Below the pieces are notes generated by a model, which was not told the DNA's origin, did not search any database, and saw nothing but the letters and a program-made list of their open reading frames with translations. A stretch of 64,000 bases of DNA. Origin: Mobula hypostoma (Eukaryota). The position numbers and the translations under genes are program-made. This document shows positions 49,201 to 62,804 of this stretch, in pieces. The stretch covers positions 223,574,001 to 223,638,000 of the forward strand of contig NC_086097.1 in NCBI RefSeq assembly GCF_963921235.1. Reading direction: 5' to 3'. How positions within the stretch are numbered: position 1 is the stretch's first letter; each line of letters begins with the position of its first letter.

Positions 49201-49607
49201 TCAATTTACAGTTAGCTACCAAATACTATGTTACTACGTATCCTGAGATTTTGCAAGCCAGAGAGGAAATCAAATGACCCCAAGTTTGAAATTAATGCAA
49301 TTTTAATAGTTAAGCTATTTCCTACCTTCCCTGCTGATAATATTTACAAAGACTTAAGAACCACAAGGAAATGCACATATGAAATGAACATCAACATCAA
49401 CCTGTTCTCAAGAGGTATAAAAGCATGCACAATTCATCACTAGTAAGGTAACAAGTGAGCATTACATCTTCAAAATTTTCGAGTGCATGCAAATATTAGG
49501 CAAAAATTTTTCATCTTTCCCTTTCACAATTTAAACAACACAATCAGGCAGATCAGAGACAAGAAAGGCTTTGATCTGTAATAGCTTTTCATCTAATCAC
49601 GGGTTAC

Positions 49608-49763
49608 CTTTTCTTTGCAACTGGAAAGCATGCTGATGATGCTAAGACAAACTGACTGTACAGAAAGAGCTGGAGACCAATCTTCTGTCAGAATCGATAG
49701 ACAAATGTGTCCATTGCTGTAAACATGAGGATGAACTGGAATATTTTCACCAGTGAACACAAC
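49608..49763 (-). CDS. UBE2W: UBE2W (ubiquitin-conjugating enzyme E2 W) catalytic exon, 52 codons
   Basis: Translates to [52 protein letters not shown], with the UBE2W-type HPH motif and catalytic Cys. Acceptor ttttcttttag|GTT and donor AAG|GTAACC; phase 0/0. Missed by the ORF track. Confidence 0.98.
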
Positions 49764-51049
49764 CTAAAAGAAAAGGAAAATAATTTCAGCACTGCACATA
49801 CCTCAATGTGTAACTGGTCAACAACATTTTCACATTTTACAGAATTAGGATGAACAGAAAATGCAGCCCATCTCACTCGTGAGACCTCTTGACAGAGCGA
49901 TCGAAAAGCACTTTTTCCTGCATATCAGAAAGAATACAAGGCACAACCAAGAAAATGTTATTATTACACTGGTTCACTGGTTTTCTATGTTATTTTACTT
50001 CATAGTTTGGGTTACTAGATGAAAAGTAATGATGACTTGTAAATTAGTGTAATGTTCTGACTGTGACAATGGCAGTAGATCAACCATTTAAGTCTGTGGG
50101 AAAATCGAAAGGAACCAATATGAGAATGGTTGTTTCAATTATAGCAAAATATTACAGCTTAATGTTAATTCTTCAAGATTAAACAAAATAATACATTAAT
50201 GTTAAGAATATTTCCACATTCATGTAAATGATAACTATGTTTCATTCATTAAAGGGAATCAAAATCCTATCAAATAACTTCAAACTTCTAAATTCCACAT
50301 AGTGCAATCATGTTATGTGTCATTTTATGTTGTGGATCCTAATAGCATTAAGGACAATCTGTTCACTCCTTCAAAGTCAATACGTCAAAGGTGTGCTGGG
50401 TCCTACTTGTTAACTATACGTCAAATGCACTTTTACCAGGTTTTTCTACTCATTGTATTATTTTCCTCAACCAATTTTTCTGTTTGCTCTTTAGTCATTT
50501 TCTGCACGTGTTAATAGCATTTTGATAGCATGTGTAGAGTTTACACATTCTTTCCCCAAACCAATTCTCGTTACCCTCAATAAATTATATCTCTTCATCA
50601 TTCATATTGATCCATTGTTTTAGATCAAAAATGGAAGAAAGCATATGCAATTACAGTGATTGCACGGAAATGGATGCAGGATTTGCTTCATCCATTTCCA
50701 TCTTGGTACAGCTTTTATCCACATTGCTTACAAAACACTGCACTAAAATGTATCTACCACCTTTTCGACATTGCCAGATTAAATCCAAAAGAAAAAAGAT
50801 CCCGTGTCGTTGACTACACTCCATTACTTCTTTTTCATCAAATCAAAGTGGTCATTTACCATTACATTGACTGTTTACAACATGTTTGACCTATGACATT
50901 CATTCAAAAGACATTTTTAAATTTAACCAAAGGGCTTTTAAAAATTTTCCTCAAAAACATCAAAAAAAAGTATGTAGAATAATTACTGGAACCCTACTTT
51001 CCCAATTCTCTTATAGCAATGATTTCTTTTAAGGAAATCCCTTGCTGAG

Positions 51050-52270
51050 GGGAGATCTGATAGATTATGAAAGACCTAGATAGAGTAGACAGCCAGTATC
51101 TTTCTCCCAGGGTTGATAATGTCTCATACCAGGGGGCATGCAAGATGAAGGGGATAAGATCAAAGGAGATACGTGAAGCAAGGTTTTGTTTTAAAAACAC
51201 AGAGATAGGGTACCTGAAATGTGCTGCCTAGTGGCAGAGGCAAATACAATAGAGTTGTTCAAGAGGCTCTGACATAGGCACAAAGTGTGCAGGAAATGGA
51301 AGGATATGGACATGGTGTAGACAGAAGGGATTAGTTTAGTTCGGCATTTGATTATTTCCGGTTTAAGATGGCACTGCTGAAGGTGAGCAACCACTTACTG
51401 GTGGTTAACAAGACAAGGAATACAATTAAATGCTTTATTAATAACACTTTTCCACCAAAACATTATAGCAACCGATCACCAAAAACAATGAAGGGGTGGG
51501 TGAAGGCAAGGCTAAGTTGAGGATTAAAGCCAGCAGGTGCAGGGTGAAGTTGGTGCAAGGTCGAGGCATAGTCAAGGTGAGGTTGAGGCAAGCAGAGTGG
51601 AATAAAGTCGGAGCAGAGAAGAGGCATTCGCAGCTCGTCCACCTAAACCAAGAGTGGGGTTTGATCAATCTAAGCAAGGGGATGATTTGGAAAAGTTGGG
51701 TACGGGCCAAAAGCATAGTGGCAAGGTCCAGGCCCACTGCATATTGATGTGACAGGGCCTGGGTCTTAGAGTGGAAAATGGCCTGAAGTTTGGATGAGTT
51801 AAACACTGGGTCAGATGGAATGAAAAGGCATTGTCAGGACCAGAGGCAAGGTTTGAGCCTGTTCTGCTTGCTGCTCAGTGACGTTTACTCCAGTCTGCAC
51901 TGCACTGAGACATCCAGGCTTCGTGTCTGCAGGCTCCACCACATTTACTCTGTATGCACTGAAATGAGGTTGAGGCTGTAGCCTGCTCTGGGCTTAGTGT
52001 CTGAGGACTCACTTTCATTCTAAATGTTATTTGCTTATTTTTACTGTTTGTACAATTTGTTTTTTCTTCTCTCTCTGCATATTGGGTGTTTGTCATTTTT
52101 TGAGTTCTTTTGAATTACTTTGTTTTGTGGCTGTCTGTAAGGAGATGAATCTCAAGGTTGTGTAATGTATATGTACATATTTGATAATAAATGTACTTTG
52201 AGCTTTGATTACTAATTTGGCACAATATTGTAAGCTGAAGTGCCTGTTCCTATGCATTCTGTGTTGTGTT
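51050..52270 (+). mobile_element. Old CR1 3' fragment with a nested non-autonomous Rex-tailed element (~51360-52207)
   Basis: CR1-like 3' sequence is split by a segment that starts aagatggc and ends gataataaatgtactttgagctttga; ttgatta occurs on both sides. Confidence 0.55.
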
Positions 52271-53439
52271 CATTTCTAGAAAAATGGTAAACATCATAAT
52301 TAGAACAGCAACATGTGAAATGAAAGTGAGGAACTGTATAATAGCTTCTCTAATCCCTTCTGTTGTCTGATAAAAGTGTGACAGGAAAGAGCCAAAATGA
52401 GGAGATAAAAATCTCTGTTCCACATTGCCCAAATTAAGCTTCTGAACCTAGCAAAGAGTATATATTACCATCAATCACCTGCACAACATCAGCTTGGCCA
52501 ATCCATGATTTAGATCATTTACTAATCAGACCCTCAATCATGTCTTTGCAATCTGTAAATGTGGTTTATCCAACACATCTGTGGCTGACATCTTTCATTC
52601 CTTAACTCAATAAATTTGAAATATCTGGTATCTGCTATTCATATCCCAACTTAACCTTGTTTCATCCATCATTTTCCAGGATTATCTATACTGACTCCAA
52701 GTAAAATAACTCTAAATTTAAAATTTGTATCCTTGTTTTCAAATAACCATATGGACCAACTCATAAATGCTTCCTCTAATTTGTAATGACCAATGTGCGC
52801 AAAAATCTTGTCCTGTGCAACTTTTTGCCCAGTGACATGTGTGTACTGAACTTCTTCAATAAAAACAGCATAAATAAGCCAGTTCTACAATCTGCAGACA
52901 AATCATTGCAAACTCCATGTTGTCAACACCATCTGCATCAGAAACCGGAAAAGGAAATGTGATTGCGTATGATCTGACTTCGGATCTTTGCGGGAATGGG
53001 ACTCGCCCTCAGGGCCTCATGACCAGCAGCTTTTTGATATCCCAAGGATGTGGCCTGGAAGATTAGTACACCTTCAGGGTACCGGATTTTCCTGGCCCTG
53101 GAGATGGGCTGATTCAAGGCCAGTGGCCCTGACTGAGGCGTCACGAGAGAACATCGAATATCGGGAGCAGTGGGTTAGCTGTCTGCTGCGTGTCCAGAGA
53201 CCTGAGCCTTTCCAGGGCTGATTCTCTGGGTGCAGAGCTCGGAAAAAGTGATGCAATAGACTTTTAACATCATAAATCAGCAAGTTGCTTGTTAAGTCTC
53301 CCCTGGGGGAGGGGGAGAGAGGGAGGGGGCATATACTTAACATGCCAAAGAGGTGCAGAGTGACAACCTTTTGTGCACAGTTTAAACTCCTTTGTGCACC
53401 AGTAGCAAAAGATGCATGTGTGCAACATTGGAGCTCATC

Positions 53440-53735
53440 TTTATTTACTTATTGAGACACAGCACAGAATAGGCTCTTCTGGCCCTTCAAACTGCAGTGC
53501 TCAGCAACCCCTGATTTAACCCTGGCCTAATCATGGGACAATTTACAGTGATCAATTAACTTACTAACTGGTAGGTCTTTGGACTGTGGGAGAAAACCAG
53601 AGCACCTGGAGAAAACCCACACAGTCCACAGGGAGGATGTACAGACTTCTTATTGATGATTTCGGAATTGAACTGCAAACTCCAAAGCCCCAAGCTGTAA
53701 TAGTATCGCGCAACTGCTATCCTAGTGTGGCATCC
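53440..53735 (-). mobile_element. V-SINE-like (HE1-type) SINE
   Basis: Central domain tttggactgtgggagaaaaccagagcacctggagaaaacccac and a CR1-like tail (cagcacagaataggc...ggccc). Confidence 0.7.
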
Positions 53736-55119
53736 TTAACTTTAATCTTCATTTTACAGGATAGCTACATTACTAATTTTTGCCATTAATTTCATCTCAT
53801 AATTAATTGCAGTTCTATTGATGGCCCAATTCCTAAAAGTATTATTTAACTTTTGGTAGCCTTCCACAATCCTTTATATGGATTTAACTATGCTTAATAA
53901 TATCTCAGTACTGTTAAGCACAATCATTTTGCTTTGTTAGAGATGAGCAGAAGTTCATTGTTCTCAACAATCTCATCATTCTGAGGCTGCATATCCATGA
54001 CACTAAATTATCTAACAATTTAAAACTAAACAAACGGTTATGTGTCAAATGAGGATAGTTGCAGGGGACTGAGTGCAGAAATCAAACTATTGTTTTCTTA
54101 AAGCTGGAGTGGAAAGAACACTTCATAAGAAAATGGGTAGCTGATCCATGTATTATTTAATTAGCAGCTTTGATTGTCACGTTTCCTAAGAGCTCATTCT
54201 TCATCTGACAAAGAATCTAAACATTGATTTTCTAAGACAATATGTTCTCCAATATCAAAACATAGTCAACGTAATTCACACATGTCCACATACTACAGAA
54301 TATTTTGATGAAATTGTGCAAGCGTGTACAGTGTATATTGGTACCTTGCTTCGTGCTCAGGATGTGTTCCCATGAAAGAGTGCTAAAGAATCGGTGCTCA
54401 GAAGGGTTATCACATCATTATAAATATAGAAATGCATTATCAGGAGTGCAACTGTGCAAGGAACCTGGCATGCACCCCTGCAAGCACCATTATTGCACCA
54501 GGAACCTGGGTACTAAGTACTAGGTAGAAATCCCTGCACTAACCATTGTTGCTTGTGGCCATGCCAGAAACCTAGAAATAAATCATCCAAGGCTTATTAT
54601 CAGCACTGACTTTGGGTAAGTTGAGGGAAGTGGTAAAGCGGCTCAATGTTGAATTGTGGGCCACTGACGCCATCTGCGTTGACAGATTGCCTGAATCCCA
54701 TGGTCTATTTTGTCCACCCTGTTGAATGTGATGGAAGTTGCTGTCACCCCTTTTCTCTGTTAAACTGCACAGCTCTCCCCGACCTCGAGATTTCTTTATG
54801 GCAAGAGGTTTAATAGTAGTTACTGGCCTTTGAGTTTGTTCTGTCAATCAAACAGAATGGAGTGGGCGGTGGGGTGAGAGTGAAGGGGAATACTACAACA
54901 TCTGTCATATTAAATGGGAGTGAGGAAGAAGACTGTAGGATCCATGTATAGATTTGGTGCTGTCAGTCCACAGTTGTCAATCTGCATATACCATGCACGT
55001 CACTGTGCAGTCCTAAGCCCCACGTCTCTACACTAAGCCATGACATTAGTTGTCACAACAAACTCTACATAAGTTCTCACCAATCCTCACATACAGCCTC
55101 CCTATATAAAGTTGTGTGC

Positions 55120-55230
55120 AATTAGAAACATGGAAAACCTACAGCACCATACAGGCCCTTCGGCCCATCATGCTGTGCCGATCATGTACTTACATTAGAG
55201 ATTATCTAGGGTTACCATGATTCTCTATTT
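55120..55230 (-). mobile_element. Short CR1 3' tail
   Basis: tagaaacatggaaaacctacagcac...caggcccttcggccc. Confidence 0.65.
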
Positions 55231-56984
55231 TTAATTCTTAACTGTGACAGTACAGGTCATAGCATGGACTCACAGCAGGCTCATCACACAGCGTGAGAAC
55301 TTGACAGCTCTCAGTATAGGTATTTGTGTAGATGCTGCAAGGACTGTACAGTTCTGCTTATAATATGGGAAAATAATTGCTTTCAGGATTGGGGGAAACT
55401 GCTAAAGTAAAATCTATTTTACATCCCTCATTGTCATTAATTAAAAGACAAATAAAAATGACAGCATGTATTTTGAAACTAAGTATGATGAGACCACTTG
55501 TCAAAATCCTTGTCAATGCATCTATTTAAAATACTTATTGTACTAATGTTGGCGTAATTGTTTTGGCAGGATACTCACTCCACAACTTGCCTTCTCTGAT
55601 GTACGCTTTAAGCTGCACATTTTAGTTTTAACATGAAATATAATTTGACATAATTGAGAATTTCTAACACAGTAATATTATAGTTCAATGTGGCCAGTCC
55701 AATAAAAGCCACATTATGTTCAACTTGCTTGGCTAATTATTCATCCATTATAACCACATTACTATAAACAAATGAAAGTCAACTGCTTTTCCAAATGAGA
55801 AGGCTCTATAAACGTAACTTATATTGGAAGGTATTTGAACTATGTCTCCCTGAAGCCTATTACTACCCTTCTCTCTGTTCGCTTTTAATGTCACTTGTGA
55901 ACTTTTAAATTACGCCCTTTACACTAGAGTGCAACTCATTAATATACAACATGTACTTAATCCTAGAGGGACACTGCTGCGCATTTCCCTTCTGCCTGAA
56001 AAAGTTCTGTATTTTGCTTTCGGGTCCCTAGCCAGTTTTGTATGCCTACACCTCACAAATGGGCTGGTTTGTAGGTTGCTGGATATGTGAGAAAGAAGAG
56101 CATACAAGGAAATAAATAAGGGAATGGGTTTGCTTCGATGTTGTCACTGACCTCAAGGACAAAAGAGCTTGCTTAATATGCCATGAGAAAACAAACCCAT
56201 AAAAGCCTCCACTACTTAAATCAAGTTTGGCAAACATAATTTGCTTCTAACATAAAAACACGTTTCCAAGTTCTAATTATTTTTCCTCCAGATAAATATG
56301 GCTAAAGGTTCCATCATCTTTAACTACCCTGGTTTTGTTAGATTTATCTATTTCACTTTTTGTGATCACAGGTGTAAAATTTATAAACATTGAACATTTA
56401 GCTTTGCCTATAGAATTGCCCCTACTGTGGCCAATTCTTCAAAATTTTCCACTCCCGCTTCCATCTTCTGATCCGATTTCAAAACAACTGATAATGTTAG
56501 CAGGTATTGGTTTCACTGTTTTTTTAAAAAATGTACCTTGGTACAATGACAATAATAAACAAATAAACCACTGCATCCTTTGATACATTAATAACTTAGG
56601 TCACCATTACATAAATCAAGAGTTTATGGATATGACACAGTTTAGAATGTTAGTTAATGTTGAAGACAGCAATGTGTTTCACAATCAAAGAAATGGGCTG
56701 ACAGTTGACAATCTAGGAGGTTTTCTTCTAAACTGGGTGGGGACTCCCTACTTTGAAAAATGCCAACGCTGCACCTTTCTTTTCTTTTCCTTTCCTTTTC
56801 TTCTGATTAAATTTCTCAACTATTTCTGCTGTATTTACAATGATCTGTTATTCAATATGAATACAAAAGTACTTAATATCATAGCACAAGATCATATCAT
56901 TTTTGGTTCCTAACTTCCTTTGACTATTCCCATGTTTATTTAAAGATAAATTCTAATTTGAGGGGAAATCTTGCTTGATGAACC

Positions 56985-58217
56985 TATTGGAATTCTTTAA
57001 GGAGATTACAAGTAGGATAGATAAAGGAGATGAGGTGGATGTTGTCTATTTGGACTTTCAGAAGGCCTTTGACAAGGTGCCACACGAGGCTGCTTTACCA
57101 AAGTAAGAGCCCATGGTATTACAGGAAGGTTACTAACATTAGCTGATTGGTAGGAGGCAGCAAGTGGGAATAAAAGGATCCTTTTCTGGGTGGCTGCCAG
57201 TGAATAGTGGTATTCTGCGGGGGTCGGTGTTGGGACCACTTCTTTTCATGCTGTATATAAATGATTTAGATGATGGAATAGATGGCTTTGTTGCCAAGTA
57301 TGCAGATGATACGAAGATTGGTTGAGGGACAGGTAGTGTTGAGGAAACAAGTAGGATGCAGAAGGACTTGGGAGAGTGGGCAAGACAGTGGCAAATGAAA
57401 TAACATGTTGAAAAAATCATGGTCGTGCACGTTGGTTGTAGAAATAAATGTGTAGATTATTTTCTAAGTGGGGAGAAAATCTAAAAATCTCAGATGCAAA
57501 AGGACTTGGGAGTCCTTGGGCAGAACGCCCTAAAGGTTAACTTCAGGTAGAGTGAGTGGTGAGGAAGCAAATGTAACATTAGTATTCATTTCAAGGGGTC
57601 TAGAACACAAGAGCAGGGATGTGATGCTGAGGCTTTATAAGGCACTGGTGAGGCCTCACCTTGAGTATTGTGAACATTTTGGGCTCCTTATCTAAGAAGA
57701 TATGCTGGCATTGGAGAGAGTTCAGAGAAGGTTCACAAAGATGAGTCTGAAATGAAAAGGTTATCATACGAGGAACATTTGATAGCTCTGGGTCTGTACT
57801 CGCTGGAATTTGGGGGGGGAGGGGGGAATCTCATTGAAACCTTTTGAACGTTGAAAAGCCTAGGTAGAGAAATGTGGAAAGGATGTTTCCCATAGTGGGG
57901 GAGTCCAGGACAAGAGGGCACAGCCTCAGGATAAAAAGGCATCCATTTAAAACAGAGATGCGGAGAAATTTCTTTAGCTAGAAGGTGGTGAATTTGTGGA
58001 ATTTGTTACCACAGCCAGCTGTGGAGGCCAGGTGGTTGGGTGTATGTAGGGTAGAGCTTGATAGATTCTTGATTGGACACAGCATCAAAGGTTATGGGGA
58101 GAATGCCAGGGAGTGGGGCTGAGGAGGGGAAAAAAAAGGATCAGCCATGTTTAAATGGCAGAGCAGTCTCGATGGGCCAAATGACTTAATTCTGCTGCTA
58201 TGTCTTATGGTCTTATT
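56985..58217 (+). mobile_element. CR1 fragment (RT to 3' end)
   Basis: YLDFQKAFDKVPH, GSVLGPLLF and KYADDTKIG motifs; tail tatgtcttatggtcttat. Confidence 0.88.
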
Positions 58218-58779
58218 AATCTCTTCAAATTCTGCTTAGTACGCTTTCCGTCTTCAGCCGCCTCATTTTTTTTGTATTTAGCTTGATTCCCTTCTGAATT
58301 TGAAACTGACATTTACCAAACCTACTCACAATTTCATTTTACTCTCTATGCCTATCATCCGGGGAACTTCAACAACTTGCATTCTTCTTATTCTCTTGTG
58401 GGAATTTGTCGAGCCCATGACTGAACTATATCCCACAATCATTAGTAAAATCAATGGTGTCAAAAAGTTGTGCTTGTATTTCAGAAATGGGATGAAACAC
58501 CTTCAGGAAATTTATACTAGTTAGTTTAAAATTGATGGCAGGGAAAATAATGGAATCAAGGAGAAAATACAACCCTGGAAACTCAAAGTATAATAAATAA
58601 ATAGCATGGTTTCCTAAGGGGGATTCAATCTTGAAAATTTTGATTGAAGGGACTAGAAAATAATATTCCATTGTTTGTAATTTATCTAGATCTTCCAAAA
58701 GCTTCTGATATCCTACAATAGATTAACTACTGATTAAACTCTGAGAATATGGAGTCAGGATTGCCAGCTTAACTTAAAG

Positions 58780-59390
58780 TTGGAAAGCAAGAACTAAAGA
58801 GCAGCAGGAGAAGGTGGGCAGAAGTGTTCCACAAGGATTTTAATTTGGAGCATTACATTAGCAGTTTAGAGTATGGAATCAAAAGAGTAACTTTCAAAAT
58901 TGCTAAAGATACCAAATTAGGAGGAGTAGTCACCAAGTGCCTAAAAAATTTACAAGATGTCCTCAATAAGGGCAAATAAGTGGCAAGTGAAGTTCAATGC
59001 AGATAAACGCAAACTTTTAGATTTTGATAGGAAGAATAGGAAAGTCACTTACTACATGGAAGGTGGGAGTCTAGCTGAAGTAGAGGAACAAAGGGATCTT
59101 GGAGTACAAATACACCAATCACTAAATGTTGAGCCACAGGTTAGAAAGGCTATAAAGAAAGCAAAAACACTAGGGTTTATTTCTAGAGAGAAAGAATTGA
59201 AAAGGGAAATTATGCTCAACCTGTATCAAGCCTCAATTGGACAATCCTTTATGTTATGAATACAATTCTGGCAATTATAACAAAACAGGATATACAAGGA
59301 TGAAACCAGAGAAGTGAGTGTGTATATATCAAAAATGATGAACAGACTCTTGAGAAAGTTATGATGGGGAGGTGATCTAAGTTATTTAAA
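58780..59390 (+). mobile_element. Very old CR1 fragment
   Basis: KWQVKFN.DK and EEQRDLGVQI motifs. Confidence 0.65.
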
Positions 59391-60244
59391 ATTATTTATT
59401 AATTATTCAAGATCTAGTATAAAGAACAAGGCCTTAAGAAGGTGATGTAGAGCTGCCTTCTTGAACTGCAGAAGGCCTACCGGTAAGATACTCCCAAAAT
59501 GATGCTTTGGAGGGTGTTTCAGGATTTAGATCTAGCAGGATGAAGACAGTGATATTTTCAACACAGGATAGTGTACCATTTGGAGGGGAACCTAGTCCAG
59601 GTGAGTAATACATGGCACATACCACAGTGTGTCAGAGGTAGAAGGAATGAATGTTTCAGGCAGGAGATCACCAACTGACTCAGTTACACTATGTGGTATT
59701 GAGTTTATTGAAAATTGAGTATAATATTGGAACTGCACTCACCCAGGCAAGTGGGATATTCCATCAGATTCCTAAATTGTACCATGTAGATGGTGGAAAG
59801 GCTTTGGGATGTCAGGAAGTCATTTACAGTCAAGTCAGATTCAGCCCAGAAGTAACTCTGAGGATGTTGACTTTGGGGAAGACAACAATAATAATGCCAG
59901 TGCACATGGTGACATACATGCACTTTGATAACAAATTTACGTTGGACTTTATGGAAGGGGGTTATGGGTGGATATATAAAGAACATAACTAATTCGTCTA
60001 TAAAAGTATCAAGAAATCCACTAAAATATTCAGAAGAAACAACTTTTAGATAAAGTGGTGAGAATGGCGAACTTGTTTTTATTAAATTCATTCAAGAGAC
60101 ACAGGAACTATAGAGTCATTCTTACTGGCATTTCTGAAGTGATAAACCAAAAAACAGACCAGGAAGTTCCCTGACATCAATTAGTGAATTAGATGTATTT
60201 TTAGCAATAATCCAGTAGTTCCTTAGATACCATTACTGAAACTG

Positions 60245-61160
60245 AACAAATGACACAAAGGTTGGAGGTGTTGTAGATAGTGTGGAGGGCTGTCAGAGGT
60301 TACAGCGGGACATTGATAGGATGCAAAACTGGGCTGAGAAGAGGCAGGTGGAGTTCAACCCAGATAACTGTGAAGTGGTTCATTTTGGTAGGTCAAATAT
60401 GATGGCAGAATATAGTATTAATGGTAAGACTCTTGGCAGTGTGGAGGATCAGAGGGATCTTGGGGTCCGAGTCCACAGGACGCTCAAAGCAGCTGCGCAG
60501 GTCGACTCTGTGGTTAAGGAGGCATACGGTGTATTGGCCTTCATTAATCGTGGAATTGAATTTAGCAGCCGAGAGGTAATATTGCAGCTATATAGGACCC
60601 TGGTCAGGCCACACTTGGAGTACTGCGCTCAGTTCTGGTTGCCTCAGTACAGAAAGGATGTGGAAGCCATAGAAAGGGTGGAGAGGAGATTTACAAGGAT
60701 GTTGCCAGGATTGGGGAGCACGCCTTATGAAAACAGGTTGAGTGAACTCGGCCTTTTCTCCTTGGAGCGACAGAGGATGAGAGGTGACCTGATAGAGGTG
60801 TATAAGATGATGAGAGGCATTGATCGTGTGGCTAGTCAGAGGCTTTTTCCCAGGGCTGAAATGGTTGCCACAAGAGGACACAGGTTTAAGGTGCTGGGGA
60901 GTAGGTACAGAGGAGATGTCAGGGGTAAGTTTTTTACTCAGAGTGGTGAGTGCATGGAATGGGCTGCCGGCAACGGTGGTAGAGGCGGAGACGATAGGGT
61001 CTTCTAAGAGACTTTTGGATAGGTACACGGAGCTAAGAAAAATAGAGGGCTATGGGGAAGTCTAGTAATTTCTACGGTAAGGACGTGATCAACACAACTT
61101 TGTGGGCCGAAGGGCCTGTATTGTGCTGTAGGTTTTCTATGTTTCTAATTTTTCTATGTT
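60245..61160 (+). mobile_element. Young CR1 3' fragment (241-aa open stretch)
   Basis: DDTKVGG, LQRDIDR, RDLGV, RPHLEYC and RGDLIEVYK motifs; (tttcta)n-type tail. Confidence 0.92.
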
Positions 61161-62804
61161 TCATTTCAGTACTTGAACGTAAGTTCCCATGTGGCTTACT
61201 TTGTGCCCAGATCAATCATTTAGACCTCTGGCTGATGGCCCATTAACTTAATCACTGGTACAAAATCTGAGAGGATGGATAACATCTATTCAAGGGGAGG
61301 CAGGGCAAGCTTGTGAGGGAGAAGGATTTATCTGCATGGATAGATTTTGAAATGGAAAGACAGGAGACACCTTGAGTGGAGCATAATCCAGCACAGACTG
61401 TTGAGACTAAATTCCCTGTGCTGTACATTCTATAATTCCGTATCATGTCAGCCTCTAGCTGCGAAGTTTTCTGCCAGTATTTGAAACAAGATTTTGATTC
61501 CTTTTCACCTCACTCTTGGACAGGAGGGGATGTCAGTGGATTTTAGTCAAAGGTTTGTTAGTCTGGAAACGGATTTTGGGGTTTAGAATAGAAAAGTTGA
61601 GTAAAGGTCACAATTAGAATATGAAGAAGCATTTAATGATGTTGACTAATAACACAATTAAACTTGATGGGTTTGTGACACTAAAGAGGTTAATTCTTGA
61701 GAACTAAAACTTATGGCCATCAATATAGATATGAAAGTCTTATGTAATCACTCATTTATCAAGCATAATGGAAAAAATTGGAAGCTTCCCAAGTAGGAGA
61801 CAAATTCAGATATAAAATAATCTTTTTTTCCAAAATTGAATGCTAACATTTAGCATTTAAATTTTCTTCAGTATAATCAGCTAGAATAAAACCACTGGAA
61901 TTTTGATAATGGATCTACCAGGTTAACACATCTGAATGTATAATCTATTCCAAAAACACTAACCTATTTCTTTTTGTTATTCAGTCGTAATCTTCCCTCT
62001 GATATTCAGTAATCCATAACAAAACCGTAAATTATGTTTGCCTTCTGAAAATGATGAGCAGCCTGTATTGGTACTTCTAATGATCTACTGTTCTACAAAA
62101 CTTTGCAGAAAGCTTTTTCCCCCACAATTCAGAAGTAAACATTTTAAGATACATCAGACTAACTCCATTGCTCAATGAACACAACTACTTGATTTTTTTG
62201 TTTATAATCAGTCCTTTTTGCTGTTTTATAAATTCTCTACTCTTATGAGAGCACATCTTGTACCTAAAATGTGGAAGAATGTCTTTCCTTTGACAGAATT
62301 GAGCTGGCCACTGAGCTGGTTTGTCCATCCATGCTCAATTTTTCAGGTCCATTTTTGGAACCTTATACATAACTAGCAGCCATTTCACCATTATCACCAT
62401 TTCACCATTATCAACAGTGAAAATCTAACCACCAGGCATAATTTGAAAATGATTAAAAATACAATATTGATTATCTGCACAATATAAAGCTCTCAAAGCC
62501 TTTTGCAGATTGCCATAAAATATAACAATATAACTCATCATTTTTAAGTTCGGGCAGAACTAGAAAAAGGCATCCAGATTTTCTCACCTTTTGGAATACA
62601 GTACTGCTTTCTTTCCCCAGTTCTGAACTTGCTTGTTTTATCCACCAAGAGCATAAATCTACCCAGACGTATTTTGAATCATGAATAAAGGCATCAGACA
62701 AATGTTGATAAGATTGTTTAAATACGTGCCCAATGTCAACAAAATATGTAGCATTTTATTTGTTGGCTCTCCTCCTTGACCCTAAAATACTGAAATACAA
62801 GAAC

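Noticed and set aside
49688..49876. 62-aa ORF from the track overlapping the UBE2W exon
   Set aside because: An alternative frame of the real exon; the spliced frame gives the UBE2W peptide.
62471..62701. Minus-strand ORF with a donor-like AAG|GTGAGA as a possible upstream UBE2W exon
   Set aside because: The translation does not resemble the expected UBE2W segments (WIVDMEGAPGTLYEGEKFQLLFKF...). The upstream exons are probably outside the window.
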